From an uncultured Spirochaetales bacterium (lineage in GTDB: Bacteria; Spirochaetota; Spirochaetia; DSM-27196; CAZFLD01): a stretch of DNA of 64,000 nucleotides. The translations under genes and the position numbers were made by a program. Location of the stretch: contig CAZFLD010000016.1 of the NCBI GenBank assembly GCA_964519835.1, positions 825 through 64,824 on the forward strand. The letters are read 5' to 3'. Shown here piece by piece: positions 38,205 to 47,774 of the stretch; position 1 is the stretch's first letter; the number at the start of each line of letters is the position of its first letter. The notes under the pieces were generated by a model, which saw only the letters and a list, made by a program, of their open reading frames with translations, searched no databases and had not been told where the DNA came from.

Positions 38205-40567
38205 CTGGGAGTGTTGGGCAGAACAACGGGGTTCCCGACGGCGAGCTCGTGGTCGTCGCCGCGGACGCCGATCGTAAGCGGATCGCCCGATTCCATTGTG
38301 AAGGTCATCTCTTTGTGGCGGACATCCACAAGAACTCGCCTATCCTGGAAACGGATGGGAAACGCCAGGCGCTTCCAGCTTGCAGGCAGTCGGGGATCAA
38401 AGGTCAGCTTGGCGTCGAAATCGGTCATTCCGGCGAATCCGTACGTTAGCGCCATCCACACACCACCGCAAGAGGCCACGTGAGTCCCGTCCACCGTGTT
38501 GCCGTTTATGTCGGCCAGATCCATAAACAGGGCGTACTGGAAGTACTCGAGGGCCTTATCCTCATAGCCGATCTCCGCGGCGAGAATGGACTGGACGCAC
38601 GCTGATAGGGAGGAATCACCGGTGGTTAGTGGGTCGTAGTAGTCGAAGTTGTGGCGTTTTTCGTCCTCCGAGAATTCGTTGCCAAGAAGCACCATGGCCA
38701 AAACGATGTCCGCCTGCTTAAGCACCTGGTGGCGATAGATCACAAGTGGATGGAAGTGCAATAGGAGTGGATACTGGCCCGGGGTGGTTCCTTCGAAGTC
38801 CCACACCTCCCGCTCCAGGAAGTTCTCATCCTGCGGATGCATCTGTTTTTCTCTGTCATAGGCCACGTGCATGGCGTCCGCCGCCTTTCGCCAGGTCGTA
38901 GGCTCGTTACCGACATCAAGATTGGTCTCGTGAGCGAGGCGGGTGTACGCCTCCTTGTCCACTTCACGCAACCACTCTACCACGTCCGCCGCATAGCGAA
39001 GGTTGGCGCGTGCCATAAGATTGGTAAATGTGTTGTCGTTTACTACGGTCGTGTACTCGTCGGGACCCGTTACGCCGTGGATGTGGAACACGCCGTCGTC
39101 CGGTGCAAAAAAGCCCAGGCCGACCCACATCCGAGCCGTCTCAACAAGAATCTCGGCGCCGTATTCGGACAAGAACTGCCGGTCGCCGCGAATATCGACG
39201 TAGCGGCGAATCGCATGGGCGATGTCGGCGTTGATGTGGTATTGGGCCGTGCCGGCTGCATAGTAGCTCGAGGCCTCTTCTCCGTTGATCGTTCGCCACG
39301 GAAACAGCGCCCCTTTCTCCGATAGCTCCGCCGCCCGGTTTCGCGCGTGCGCGAGCTTGCCGTGACGAAATCGCAGAAGGTTTCTGGCGATCCGGGGGTC
39401 CGTGTAACTCAAGAACGGCGCAACGTACACCTCGGCATCCCAGAAGTAGTGGCCCTCGTACGCCTGACCGGTGAGCCCCTTGGCCGGAATTCCGGCGGTC
39501 TCCGCGCGGGCGGAGGCTTGGCACAGCTGAAAGATGTTCCAGCGCACGGCTTGCTGGACCCGAACGTCCGCATCTACCACGACATCGGCTCGCCGCCAAA
39601 AATCGCGTAGAAAGGTCTGTTGGCTTTCCTCGAGCGCTTCAAAGCCGTCGCGAGTTGCTCGAACCAAGGTTCGTGACGATCGGTCGATCAGTTCGGCGGG
39701 GGGAACAGCCCGTGACATGTGGTAGGTAAAAAACTTTGTGATCTTGATCGGAACGCCGGCGGCTGCGCGGATCGTAAAAACGATCTTTGAGAGGTCCTCG
39801 GTCCACGACTGGTGAGCTTCCCAGAAATTCTCGGTCTCGACGATGTGATCCATGCCGACACCCAGGGTCATCCCGGAGTTGGTGGTCCGGTAACCCGTGA
39901 TAATACGGTGTTCCTGAACGTGGTGCTCCTGGGCGTTTAGCACGCGGAAGCCGAAATCGCGGGCGCGCCGCGGGTCTTCCATGCCGCCGCCGTTTCGCGG
40001 CTCATCGATGGGTCTACTGTCTTGGCGGTTTAGAAGCTGTGACGAGATTACCACCGGCGCGTCGGTATCGAGAGTCAGCTCGTACTCAATAGCTCCCAAG
40101 TGACGCTGGTCAAAAGAAACAATCCGCTTTGCGCTGACTGAAACCTGTTTGCCCGCGGGCGACGACCAGTTCATGACCCGCGTCAGCATGCCGTTACGAA
40201 AGTCCAGCTCTCGCGTGTACTCCGTTAGCCGGGCGGTCGGCAGGTAGAGCGGCTCGTCGTCCACGTAGAGCTTGATGATCAACGGATCGGGCACGTTGAC
40301 AATGGTCTGGCCTGTTCGAGCAAAGCCGTAGGCTTCCTCGGCGTGAACGATCGGCCAGGTCTCGTGGAAGCCGTTGCAGAACGTCCCGGACTGCACATTC
40401 GGGCGACCTTCCTCGAAAGTTCCGCGTACGCCTAGAAAACCGTTGGACAGCGCAAACAACGTCTCTGCATTTCCCATCCACCGACGGGAGAATTCAGACT
40501 CGACTACCGCCCACTCATTGGCGGGGTAGATGTGTTCGGGTAGCATTTTAAATTTTCGTGATATCAT
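38201..40567 (-). CDS. Glycoside hydrolase family 65 (maltose/trehalose/kojibiose phosphorylase-like)
   Basis: NGFLGVRG, AKGLTG..YEGHYFWD, GPDEY, KQAD and DSSLS; ATGA overlap with the kinase gene. Confidence 0.93.
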   Translation of the reverse strand: MISRKFKMLPEHIYPANEWAVVESEFSRRWMGNAETLFALSNGFLGVRGTFEEGRPNVQSGTFCNGFHETWPIVHAEEAYGFARTGQTIVNVPDPLIIKLYVDDEPLYLPTARLTEYTRELDFRNGMLTRVMNWSSPAGKQVSVSAKRIVSFDQRHLGAIEYELTLDTDAPVVISSQLLNRQDSRPIDEPRNGGGMEDPRRARDFGFRVLNAQEHHVQEHRIITGYRTTNSGMTLGVGMDHIVETENFWEAHQSWTEDLSKIVFTIRAAAGVPIKITKFFTYHMSRAVPPAELIDRSSRTLVRATRDGFEALEESQQTFLRDFWRRADVVVDADVRVQQAVRWNIFQLCQASARAETAGIPAKGLTGQAYEGHYFWDAEVYVAPFLSYTDPRIARNLLRFRHGKLAHARNRAAELSEKGALFPWRTINGEEASSYYAAGTAQYHINADIAHAIRRYVDIRGDRQFLSEYGAEILVETARMWVGLGFFAPDDGVFHIHGVTGPDEYTTVVNDNTFTNLMARANLRYAADVVEWLREVDKEAYTRLAHETNLDVGNEPTTWRKAADAMHVAYDREKQMHPQDENFLEREVWDFEGTTPGQYPLLLHFHPLVIYRHQVLKQADIVLAMVLLGNEFSEDEKRHNFDYYDPLTTGDSSLSACVQSILAAEIGYEDKALEYFQYALFMDLADINGNTVDGTHVASCGGVWMALTYGFAGMTDFDAKLTFDPRLPASWKRLAFPIRFQDRRVLVDVRHKEMTFTMESGDPLTIGVRGDDHELAVGNPVVLPNTPR

Positions 40568-40764
40568 GAGTATTTCGAGTGTAGCCCAAAAGCCGATAAA
40601 CGACGAGGTCGCCCGCCGGCGTCCAGGTGACAAGCCGGAGCCCATATGCGAAGTTTTTCTTCTTGCAGGTCGACCCGCAGCGGGCCTACACTGATATAGA
40701 CGACAACAGGTACCACATCTCGTTCTGCATCGCTGTCGCCTAAGTCCGTGGTTGAGGAGGGCTT

Positions 40765-43266
40765 ATGCGAAATTGTGTATCAATCATCTTGCCGGCCGCC
40801 CTGTTGCTCATTTCTGCGCCGCTTGTCTATGGCCAGAGCAATGCCGATTCAAGAACCGCCCTAATCATCGGCAACTCCAATTACGCGCATTTTGGCAACC
40901 TCGCGAACCCGGGTAACGACGCATCCGACGTGTCGCAAGCCTTGGAGGCACTTGGGTTTGAGGTAACGCTTGTCATGGATGCCCAAGAGCGGGAGTTGTT
41001 CGAGGCAGTCAGGGCCTTCGGCGATGCTCTTGCGAGGGAAAAGGGCCTCGGCCTCTTTTACTATGCGGGCCACGGGATCGAGGTCGGGGGTATCAACTAC
41101 CTTGTTCCCGTGGACGCCGATATACAGGCCGAGGACGAGGTGGAGTTTGCCTCTATCGCCTTGGACTTTGTGCTCTCCAAGATGGAGACCGCCGGCAACT
41201 CGTCTAATATTCTTATCCTCGACGCTTGCCGGGACAATCCGCTTCCGGCGAGCACGCGCTCCACGGCAACCCGGGGTCTGACGGTTGTTCAAGCCCCGGC
41301 GGGCTCGCTTATCGTCTATGCCACCGACCCCGGGCAGGCTGCGCTCGACGGCGACGGCCGAAACAGTCCGTTTACCGAGGCATTTCTGAACCACGTCAAC
41401 ACGCCGGGCCTCGACGTGGAGCTGATGTTTCGAAACGTTCGAACGGACGTTGTAAACGGCACCGGCGGACGGCAGACTCCGTGGACAAATTCCAGCCTAA
41501 CCCAGAATATTTCCCTGGCCGCCGGCGCGGTTACCGGCACGACGGGTCCGGGATCCATCGCGGTCCGACGGTCCACCGGCACCCTTGTGATCTCCACCGA
41601 GGAGGCCGGGGCTCTCTACGTCGACGGGGAGTTCTTGGTCAATCTGCTCGCGGACGAGACCATCACGTTGGACAATGTGCCGGTCGGTGCCCGCAGCCTC
41701 GAATTCCGGTCGACTACGGGGTCGCAGTCGCGTGCGGCGCGAATCGCGGAGGGAGCAGAAACGGAAATCCGATTCTCTACGGCTCTCAACCAAACATTCA
41801 CCCTTTTGGTGGACCCGGGATTTGCCGGCGTAGAGGTTCTGGTGGATGGGACCCGGCTCGGTTCGACACCGCTGGCCGCGGAGGTGCCTGCCGGGACACG
41901 AGCCGTACAATTGCGGGGAGACTTTATCCTGCCCGTCACCGCCCACGTTGATGGAAACCCCCGCAGCCTGGTCGAATTCTCTCCCGACATCGTGCGCCTC
42001 GGGCGTCTTACCATCGAGGCTGAAGTGCCCGACGGCTATCGCGTCGTCCTGGACGGGGAGGTGGTATCCTTCGACGGTTTGAGCGACCTCGTCCCCATAG
42101 ACACTCACAATCTTTCCATACGCCATCCTCTGCTTCAGGACAACAGGACCGAGGTCGACGTGGCCTACGCGCGCGAGGTCCGTGTTAGTCCGGTTCTCTT
42201 GCCTCGCGTCGGCGAGTTGGAGGTTATTGGTGTACCGGATTTTGTGAGAGTGTATGTCGACGGTGAGTTGTGGACCCCACGGCAAGACGCAGGTCATCGG
42301 CTTGACCAAGCGGCAATTGGCGAGCGAGTCCTGCGCTTCGAAAGCCCCTTCGATGTGTCATACGAGACTCGCTCGGTGGTGCAGGAGGGAGGGCGAACAA
42401 GCCTCCTTGCCCGGGCCGGGGTGCTGATGCTTCGGGATCTGAGGGAGGGAACGGAGTTGACCCTAAACGGGCGACCGGTTCCGAGCGGTTCTCACGACGC
42501 TCGCGAAATATCCCTTTCCGTGATTCCCGGCGAGTACGAAGTTGCTGCCCACGGCGAGTGGATAGTTCCGATGGCCCAACGGGTGAGGGTCGAGGACGGC
42601 GGAGTCGTCGAGCTGAGCCTCCGGGGTGAGCTTGGCGGGCGCCTTGTCCTCGAGCTACCGCCGGACGAGGCGCTACGTATAGAAATCGAAGGCCGCTCCC
42701 TCGCGGAGGCCACGTCGTTCGAGTCGGTAAGCGATCCGGCCGTGGTGGTGTTACCGCCGGAGGAATACGTTGTCCGCGCCAGGCGTGCTTCAGATATCGA
42801 TTGGGCCTTTGAAGAACCCGTATCTCTCGAGGCACGGAGGGAACGATTTATTGATCTTTCCCGGCTGGCGATGTCGCCGACGTTTCAGATTCAGGAGCTG
42901 CGAGGTGTTCGCACGGAGCTCGAAAAGGTGATCTTGCCGGAGATCGAGTTGCACGATTTTTTGACCGTCGGTGGTTGGGTCTCCTTCGGTGCGGGAGCAC
43001 TTGGCACCGGCATTGCACTGTTGGGCTACTTGTTGGCCGACGTCGCATACACCGAATACGCCAATGCCACGACAAGCGCTGCGGCCGTGGCCGCGGCAAA
43101 TCGCGTGGACACATGGACAACCGTGTTCGCCGTGGGAGTCGGTATCGGCGGCGCAGGTGTCTCACTGGGGCCCGCGCTGTGGCTTTTTCGCCCCCCTATT
43201 GAAGCGGAGCGTCGCGAGCTCCAAGACATTGACGCCCGGATCCGTGAGTTGGAGGCGCTCCGATGA
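40765..43266 (+). CDS. Secreted peptidase C14 (caspase family) with multiple PEGA domains and C-terminal TM segments
   Basis: Signal peptide, ALIIGNSNY, YYAGHG (His), LDACR (Cys), NSPFT, repeated V.VDG…TPL units and a hydrophobic C-terminus; SD GAGGAGG. Confidence 0.9.
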   Translation: MRNCVSIILPAALLLISAPLVYGQSNADSRTALIIGNSNYAHFGNLANPGNDASDVSQALEALGFEVTLVMDAQERELFEAVRAFGDALAREKGLGLFYYAGHGIEVGGINYLVPVDADIQAEDEVEFASIALDFVLSKMETAGNSSNILILDACRDNPLPASTRSTATRGLTVVQAPAGSLIVYATDPGQAALDGDGRNSPFTEAFLNHVNTPGLDVELMFRNVRTDVVNGTGGRQTPWTNSSLTQNISLAAGAVTGTTGPGSIAVRRSTGTLVISTEEAGALYVDGEFLVNLLADETITLDNVPVGARSLEFRSTTGSQSRAARIAEGAETEIRFSTALNQTFTLLVDPGFAGVEVLVDGTRLGSTPLAAEVPAGTRAVQLRGDFILPVTAHVDGNPRSLVEFSPDIVRLGRLTIEAEVPDGYRVVLDGEVVSFDGLSDLVPIDTHNLSIRHPLLQDNRTEVDVAYAREVRVSPVLLPRVGELEVIGVPDFVRVYVDGELWTPRQDAGHRLDQAAIGERVLRFESPFDVSYETRSVVQEGGRTSLLARAGVLMLRDLREGTELTLNGRPVPSGSHDAREISLSVIPGEYEVAAHGEWIVPMAQRVRVEDGGVVELSLRGELGGRLVLELPPDEALRIEIEGRSLAEATSFESVSDPAVVVLPPEEYVVRARRASDIDWAFEEPVSLEARRERFIDLSRLAMSPTFQIQELRGVRTELEKVILPEIELHDFLTVGGWVSFGAGALGTGIALLGYLLADVAYTEYANATTSAAAVAAANRVDTWTTVFAVGVGIGGAGVSLGPALWLFRPPIEAERRELQDIDARIRELEALR

Positions 43267-44828
43267 AAAACACGTTACGAGTTCTATGGCTTGGTGGGCT
43301 CGTGGTTCTTCTTCTCGCCGCCTGCTCCGAGCTGCTTGGTCCGCGGAACAATCCCCTCGATCCATATGGAGAAAACTACCAGGGCTTCGAGACCGTAGAG
43401 GCAGTCGATGAGATAGTGGCCGTGCGGCTTGAGGATTCGGCCTACGAGTGGCTACCGGAGATCAGGGCTACCCAGGTCAACCAGGCCGTTTTATACGAGT
43501 TCTTGTTGCAGACCGGCACGGGAACGGAGGTGTGGAGAACACAAGTCGAGTCACACCACACCGCGCTGGGAGAGGCGCACTTGGACGCCGGTACATACCG
43601 CTTCCGAGTACGTGCCCAAGACCCGGACGGGAATTGGGGTGCATGGAGCGACTTTGCGGGCTTCGAGATTGAAGGTGGTGTATCGGGTTTTGATCCGCCT
43701 CACAACAACAACATCGAGGATCCAACCCCGTTGATAAGCTGGAACTCCGTCCCAGGCGCCGACTCCTATCAGATGCAGATCGCCGGTGATGAAGATGTGT
43801 TGCCGGGCGCCGAGGTGCACGAGGTTGACGGAGACACATTTTATGTCGAGGACGCCGTGCGCCCGGGCGATCACCGGTATTGGCGAGTTCGGGCAAAAGG
43901 CGAGGCCGGGTATACGGCGTGGAGCGCCGCCGGCCGTTTTTTCTACGAGCCACCGTGGCACGACCACTACTTCCGCCTGGTGCAGGTGGTTGATCCCGGC
44001 GATTCAGATACCTTTGACCAGGGTTCGACTACCGGCGATGCCGATGAATCGCCGGTTAATACCATAAGCCTCACGCGTCCCTTTGCCATCGGCGAACACG
44101 AGTTTACTAACGGGCAAGCCGTTGCAATCTTGAATGAGGCGATAGACCGGGGACTCGCGACCGCCGACAGTCGTTCGGTGAAAAACGTCTCCGGAGACCG
44201 GCAGGTGGTTCTCGACCTCGAGAACCAGTACCAACGCATCGCGTGGAACGGCTCCGACCTCTACATAAATCCTTCCGGCTACGATAGTCATCCCGTTTAC
44301 GCAGTAACGTGGTATGGGGCAATGGCGATCGCTCATTTCTTAAACGAGATGGAGGAGTGGGAGCAGACGGTCGACCTCTCGGATTGGTCCGTCGATTTTG
44401 ATGCCCACGGCTATCGGCTCCCGACGGAAGCCGAGTGGGAGTACGCGGCTCGCGGCGGTAGCGAATCAATCGAGTACACGTACTCCGGCTCCAACATCCT
44501 CGGCACCGTCGGATACTACGATGAAAACTCCGGCTCCAACACGCACCTCGTGGGTCTTAAGGCCGCGAACGAGTTGGGGATCCACGACATGAGCGGCAAC
44601 GTCGACGAGTGGGTCTACGATTGGTACAGCAACACCTACTACGCCCGCCTCGACGGCTTCACCGACCCCGAGGGGCCGTCGAAGGTAGTATCCGATGGCC
44701 GTGTCTGGCGTGGCGGAGCGTGGGGCCGCGACTCATACATGTGCCGCGTGAGCTATCGAGCGTACGCCTCTCCCGATCTTTCGGGTAATCTGATCGGATT
44801 TCGCATCGCGCTGTCGCCGGGGGAGTAG
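43263..44828 (+). CDS. Lipoprotein with two FN3-like domains and a C-terminal FGE-sulfatase (SUMF1/CLec) domain
   Basis: LAAC lipobox, RLPTEAEWEYAARGG, NELGIHDMSGNVDEW, RGGAW and GFR; ATGA overlap with the caspase gene. Confidence 0.9.
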   Translation: MKNTLRVLWLGGLVVLLLAACSELLGPRNNPLDPYGENYQGFETVEAVDEIVAVRLEDSAYEWLPEIRATQVNQAVLYEFLLQTGTGTEVWRTQVESHHTALGEAHLDAGTYRFRVRAQDPDGNWGAWSDFAGFEIEGGVSGFDPPHNNNIEDPTPLISWNSVPGADSYQMQIAGDEDVLPGAEVHEVDGDTFYVEDAVRPGDHRYWRVRAKGEAGYTAWSAAGRFFYEPPWHDHYFRLVQVVDPGDSDTFDQGSTTGDADESPVNTISLTRPFAIGEHEFTNGQAVAILNEAIDRGLATADSRSVKNVSGDRQVVLDLENQYQRIAWNGSDLYINPSGYDSHPVYAVTWYGAMAIAHFLNEMEEWEQTVDLSDWSVDFDAHGYRLPTEAEWEYAARGGSESIEYTYSGSNILGTVGYYDENSGSNTHLVGLKAANELGIHDMSGNVDEWVYDWYSNTYYARLDGFTDPEGPSKVVSDGRVWRGGAWGRDSYMCRVSYRAYASPDLSGNLIGFRIALSPGE

Positions 44829-44871
44829 GGCACGTTTGCCCGAGCGCTATTGCCGGGCTGCTGAGGGCCCG

Positions 44872-45897
44872 CTACGCGCTTGGCAGCTCCGGCACGTACA
44901 CATAGTTCGGGTCTTCGCGCTGTTTCCGGACCACGGGCATAATCGCCTTCCACGCGGCAATAAGGCCCGGGTAGGGCTCCGGTGTATCGTGCTTTATTTC
45001 CTCGTGGAGAGCGGGCAGATTGTAGAAGGGCACGCCGGCGTACATGTGATGCTCGATGTGGTAGTTCATGTTCCAATAGAAAAACCGAATCACCGGGTGC
45101 ATCAGGACCGTGCGCGCGCAGACACGCCAGTCCTTAACATCGCCCTTTAAGCCGATGTGTTGCGGGAGCGCGCATAGTATTGCGAGCCACGGCGCGATAA
45201 ACATGCCGATCGTCACCACAAAAATCAGGATCCACGCGCCCGAGGCAACAAACAGAGCAACCAGGCCTGCATGAACGAGGAGCGTTAGGCGGGCATAATT
45301 AAAGACCCTGCGCCTGGCCCGCCGTTCCTCGGGCGGTATTATCATGTTCTCCCACTTGCTCTTCATGATGCCAAGTGCGTACTTCACCGTTTCAGCGATC
45401 ATCGTGTAGATTCCCGGAACACCACCGGCGCCACTTATCGGGGTAATGGTAAAAACAAAAAACCAGTGGTGTGGCAGGAACTTCTCCGGGAGCACCACCT
45501 CGAGGTCCTGACCGGTGTGGCAGGTGTCCCGGTGGTGTTTGAAATGGCTTTCGCGAAACTTGTAAATGTTGTTCCAGGTGAGGATGCCAAGGACAAAGTA
45601 CAGAGCCTCTCCAAGCGCCCTTGTTCGAAATACCGTTCGATGAGCAAGCTCGTGGATTCCCGTGAACATGCCAAGGAAGTTGTAGAAGGTACCGTGCAGA
45701 TACACGGCCAATATCACTAAGGGCCACGCCAGGTTGTTGAATGCAAAAAACGCAAACCAACCCGTAGCCGCGGAGACTACCAGGTGCCCGCCCACATGAA
45801 GAAGCGGACGGAGGTCTTCTCGTTTGGTGAGCTGGGCAAGCCTCTCCCGCGGAATAGGCGTGCGATACCAGCGCGAAGTAGTACTACGGTCTGCCAT
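44872..45897 (-). CDS. Membrane fatty-acid-desaturase family di-iron enzyme (MocD-like)
   Basis: His boxes HELAH, HFKHH, QH and NYHIEHH. Confidence 0.88.
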   Translation of the reverse strand: MADRSTTSRWYRTPIPRERLAQLTKREDLRPLLHVGGHLVVSAATGWFAFFAFNNLAWPLVILAVYLHGTFYNFLGMFTGIHELAHRTVFRTRALGEALYFVLGILTWNNIYKFRESHFKHHRDTCHTGQDLEVVLPEKFLPHHWFFVFTITPISGAGGVPGIYTMIAETVKYALGIMKSKWENMIIPPEERRARRRVFNYARLTLLVHAGLVALFVASGAWILIFVVTIGMFIAPWLAILCALPQHIGLKGDVKDWRVCARTVLMHPVIRFFYWNMNYHIEHHMYAGVPFYNLPALHEEIKHDTPEPYPGLIAAWKAIMPVVRKQREDPNYVYVPELPSA

Positions 45898-45903
45898 TCC
45901 AAC

Positions 45904-45932
45904 ATCATAAGGCACCAACGGTATACTGTCAA
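45904..45932 (-). promoter_or_regulatory. Sigma-70 promoter TTGACA-N17-TATGAT; predicted +1 at the ATG (leaderless)
   Basis: Reverse complement of tgtcaa (45927-45932) and atcata (45904-45909); ATG lies 6 nt downstream. Confidence 0.75.
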
Positions 45933-45978
45933 GCTATCATAGATTTGATCGAAGTTGAGCGCATTTAGCTGAAGACGA

Positions 45979-46731
45979 CTAATTATCGAGCTTCGAAAGG
46001 ATCTCGTCGAGATGGTAGCGAAGACCGTCGAAGCGCTTGGATAGCCCGGCTATATCTCGCTTGAGGGCGGCTACGTCGCTTTCGAGCTGTTTGATGCGCT
46101 CGTCATCGGTCTTTTTTAAGAGAACGGTTCCGCCACGCGCGGGCCCCGGCGCGCCGCCGGCGCCCGTGTGGCCCGGCCCACCGGCGACCGGGTCACGTCG
46201 TTGCTCGGCTGTCCTCGTTTTGTCCGTGAACAGGTGTCTCCATCGTCGGTCTTTTTGACCCGGCCTGCGCTCTAGGTGCTCCACGAGGGCCGGCGCGCGG
46301 CCCTCGGCGAGGGACTCGAGCACCTTCGCTACTTCCGCGGCGGACCCAAAGCGCGACATACGCGACGCCCTGGAATTCAGCTCCCCGGCCGTTTGCGGCC
46401 CCCGGAGCAAGAGCTCGCAAAGAAGCGCCGTTTGAGAGACGGTTAGCGCAAAGGACTCAGAAAAAACGTGGCGGATGCGCTCAGCACGGCCGCCGTCCGT
46501 ATAAACGGACTCCGCAAGACCCTTGTGCCGAAGGCGTGTGAGCGCCTCGGCGACCTGTTTATCATCGTACTCTACGACGGGGTCGCGGTTGCTCCTTTGA
46601 TTACAAGCCGTTCGAAGGGCGTTTAGGGTAAGCGGGTAGTATTCCGGAGTGGTAAGGCTTTTTTCGATGAGGGATCCAAGCACTCGTTGCTCCGGGGGAT
46701 CCAAGGCGGGTCGTTTTTCCAGCGTTTCCAT
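45979..46731 (-). CDS. YceH/DUF480 family protein
   Basis: RVLGSLIEK..TTPEYYPLTLNAL..ACNQ.SNRDPV and LLLRGPQT.GEL. Confidence 0.92.
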   Translation of the reverse strand: METLEKRPALDPPEQRVLGSLIEKSLTTPEYYPLTLNALRTACNQRSNRDPVVEYDDKQVAEALTRLRHKGLAESVYTDGGRAERIRHVFSESFALTVSQTALLCELLLRGPQTAGELNSRASRMSRFGSAAEVAKVLESLAEGRAPALVEHLERRPGQKDRRWRHLFTDKTRTAEQRRDPVAGGPGHTGAGGAPGPARGGTVLLKKTDDERIKQLESDVAALKRDIAGLSKRFDGLRYHLDEILSKLDN

Positions 46732-46757
46732 GGCGAAAGTATGCTACTCTCGGGCTT

Positions 46758-46994
46758 ATGCCTGCAACACACCCTTCTCGTCCAAGCGTGGTCGTTATTT
46801 ATATGGACGACACGGGCCACACCGACACCGAGCGGCAGCATCGACACTCCCTATCGCCAAGTGGCACCTCGGCTCCTTCGACAAACGGTACCATCTCCAG
46901 CGCCCCGGGTTTGACGAGGCGCCGAAAACTCTACAACTGTGCCAAACATGTCCCCACCCGTGTTTCCGACATGGTGCGTGATCTGGAGACATAG
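46758..46994 (+). pseudogene. Sulfatase gene collapsed by deletions
   Basis: Collinear fragments RPSVVVIYMDD, IDTP, IAKWHLG..YH…GFDE and LYN across frames within about 240 bp. Confidence 0.7.
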
Positions 46995-47149
46995 TTCGAG
47001 TCCGTTGAAGCAGACTTTCAATCGATTCAAGACGAGTGGGTACTACAGGCTCCTACCGGTGGGTGAGGATTGGGTTAGTTACGCTATTCCGGACTGTACA
47101 ACTAGTCAAATCGGGTGTAGCATGGAAAAGTCAAAACAAGGAGTTTGTT

Positions 47150-47656
47150 ATGCTCAGAAACGTCGCGCCCGTATTGTGCGCATTTGGTGTCCTGCTCGTT
47201 CTTATGTCCTGTGGCACAACCGACCCAGACGCTACCACGTCGGAAGACCTAAGCTCATATCAAACCTGGACCAAGGTCAATGACGAGACCATTACCGGTG
47301 ACGCCACCGGCACGCTTGGACAGCAGGTCCACGAGGGCGCAGGCGGTTTTCGCGAGGTCTTTGTCAACTCAGTCGGCGCGCCGGTCTACGCCGGGGAATC
47401 CTCCACGCCGTTTCCCGTCGGAACGATCATCGTAAAAGAGTCGTATCCTGAAGCAGACGGCTCAAAAGGCGAGCTTGCGAACCTAACCGTAATGGTCAAG
47501 CGCGAAGCCGGGTACGATAGCTCCAACGGCGACTGGGAGTGGGCCATGCTAGGCCCCGATATGGGCATTCGAACGCAGGGCAGGCTCGCTTCCTGCTACC
47601 AGTGCCACGCCGTCGCCGCGGACACTGACTACAGCTTTCTCGTCGGCGACCTCTAA
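47150..47656 (+). CDS. Cytochrome P460 family lipoprotein
   Basis: LMSC lipobox, FPVGTIIVKE, VMVK, GDWEW and C-terminal CYQCH; SD AAGGAG. Confidence 0.85.
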   Translation: MLRNVAPVLCAFGVLLVLMSCGTTDPDATTSEDLSSYQTWTKVNDETITGDATGTLGQQVHEGAGGFREVFVNSVGAPVYAGESSTPFPVGTIIVKESYPEADGSKGELANLTVMVKREAGYDSSNGDWEWAMLGPDMGIRTQGRLASCYQCHAVAADTDYSFLVGDL

Positions 47657-47669
47657 GATACGTTCCGCC

Positions 47670-47703
47670 GGTGGTCCGGGGGTTTTTATCTCTCCGGACC
47701 ACC
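47670..47703. terminator. Stem-loop GGTGGTCCGG…CCGGACCACC downstream of the cytochrome gene
   Basis: Perfect 10-bp inverted repeat; no clear U-tract. Confidence 0.55.
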
Positions 47704-47774
47704 TCAGCTGACAATGCCTCTTTCGAACGTCAACAATCACCTCGACGACGTGGGTCCAAAGTCCGAAGGCAGCC

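Noticed and set aside
43263-44828. Formylglycine-generating enzyme that matures the sulfatases
   Set aside because: It is a lipoprotein lacking the catalytic Cys pair, while the sulfatases are cytoplasmic.
29114-44828. Complete DGR
   Set aside because: No reverse transcriptase, Avd or template repeat was seen in the window.
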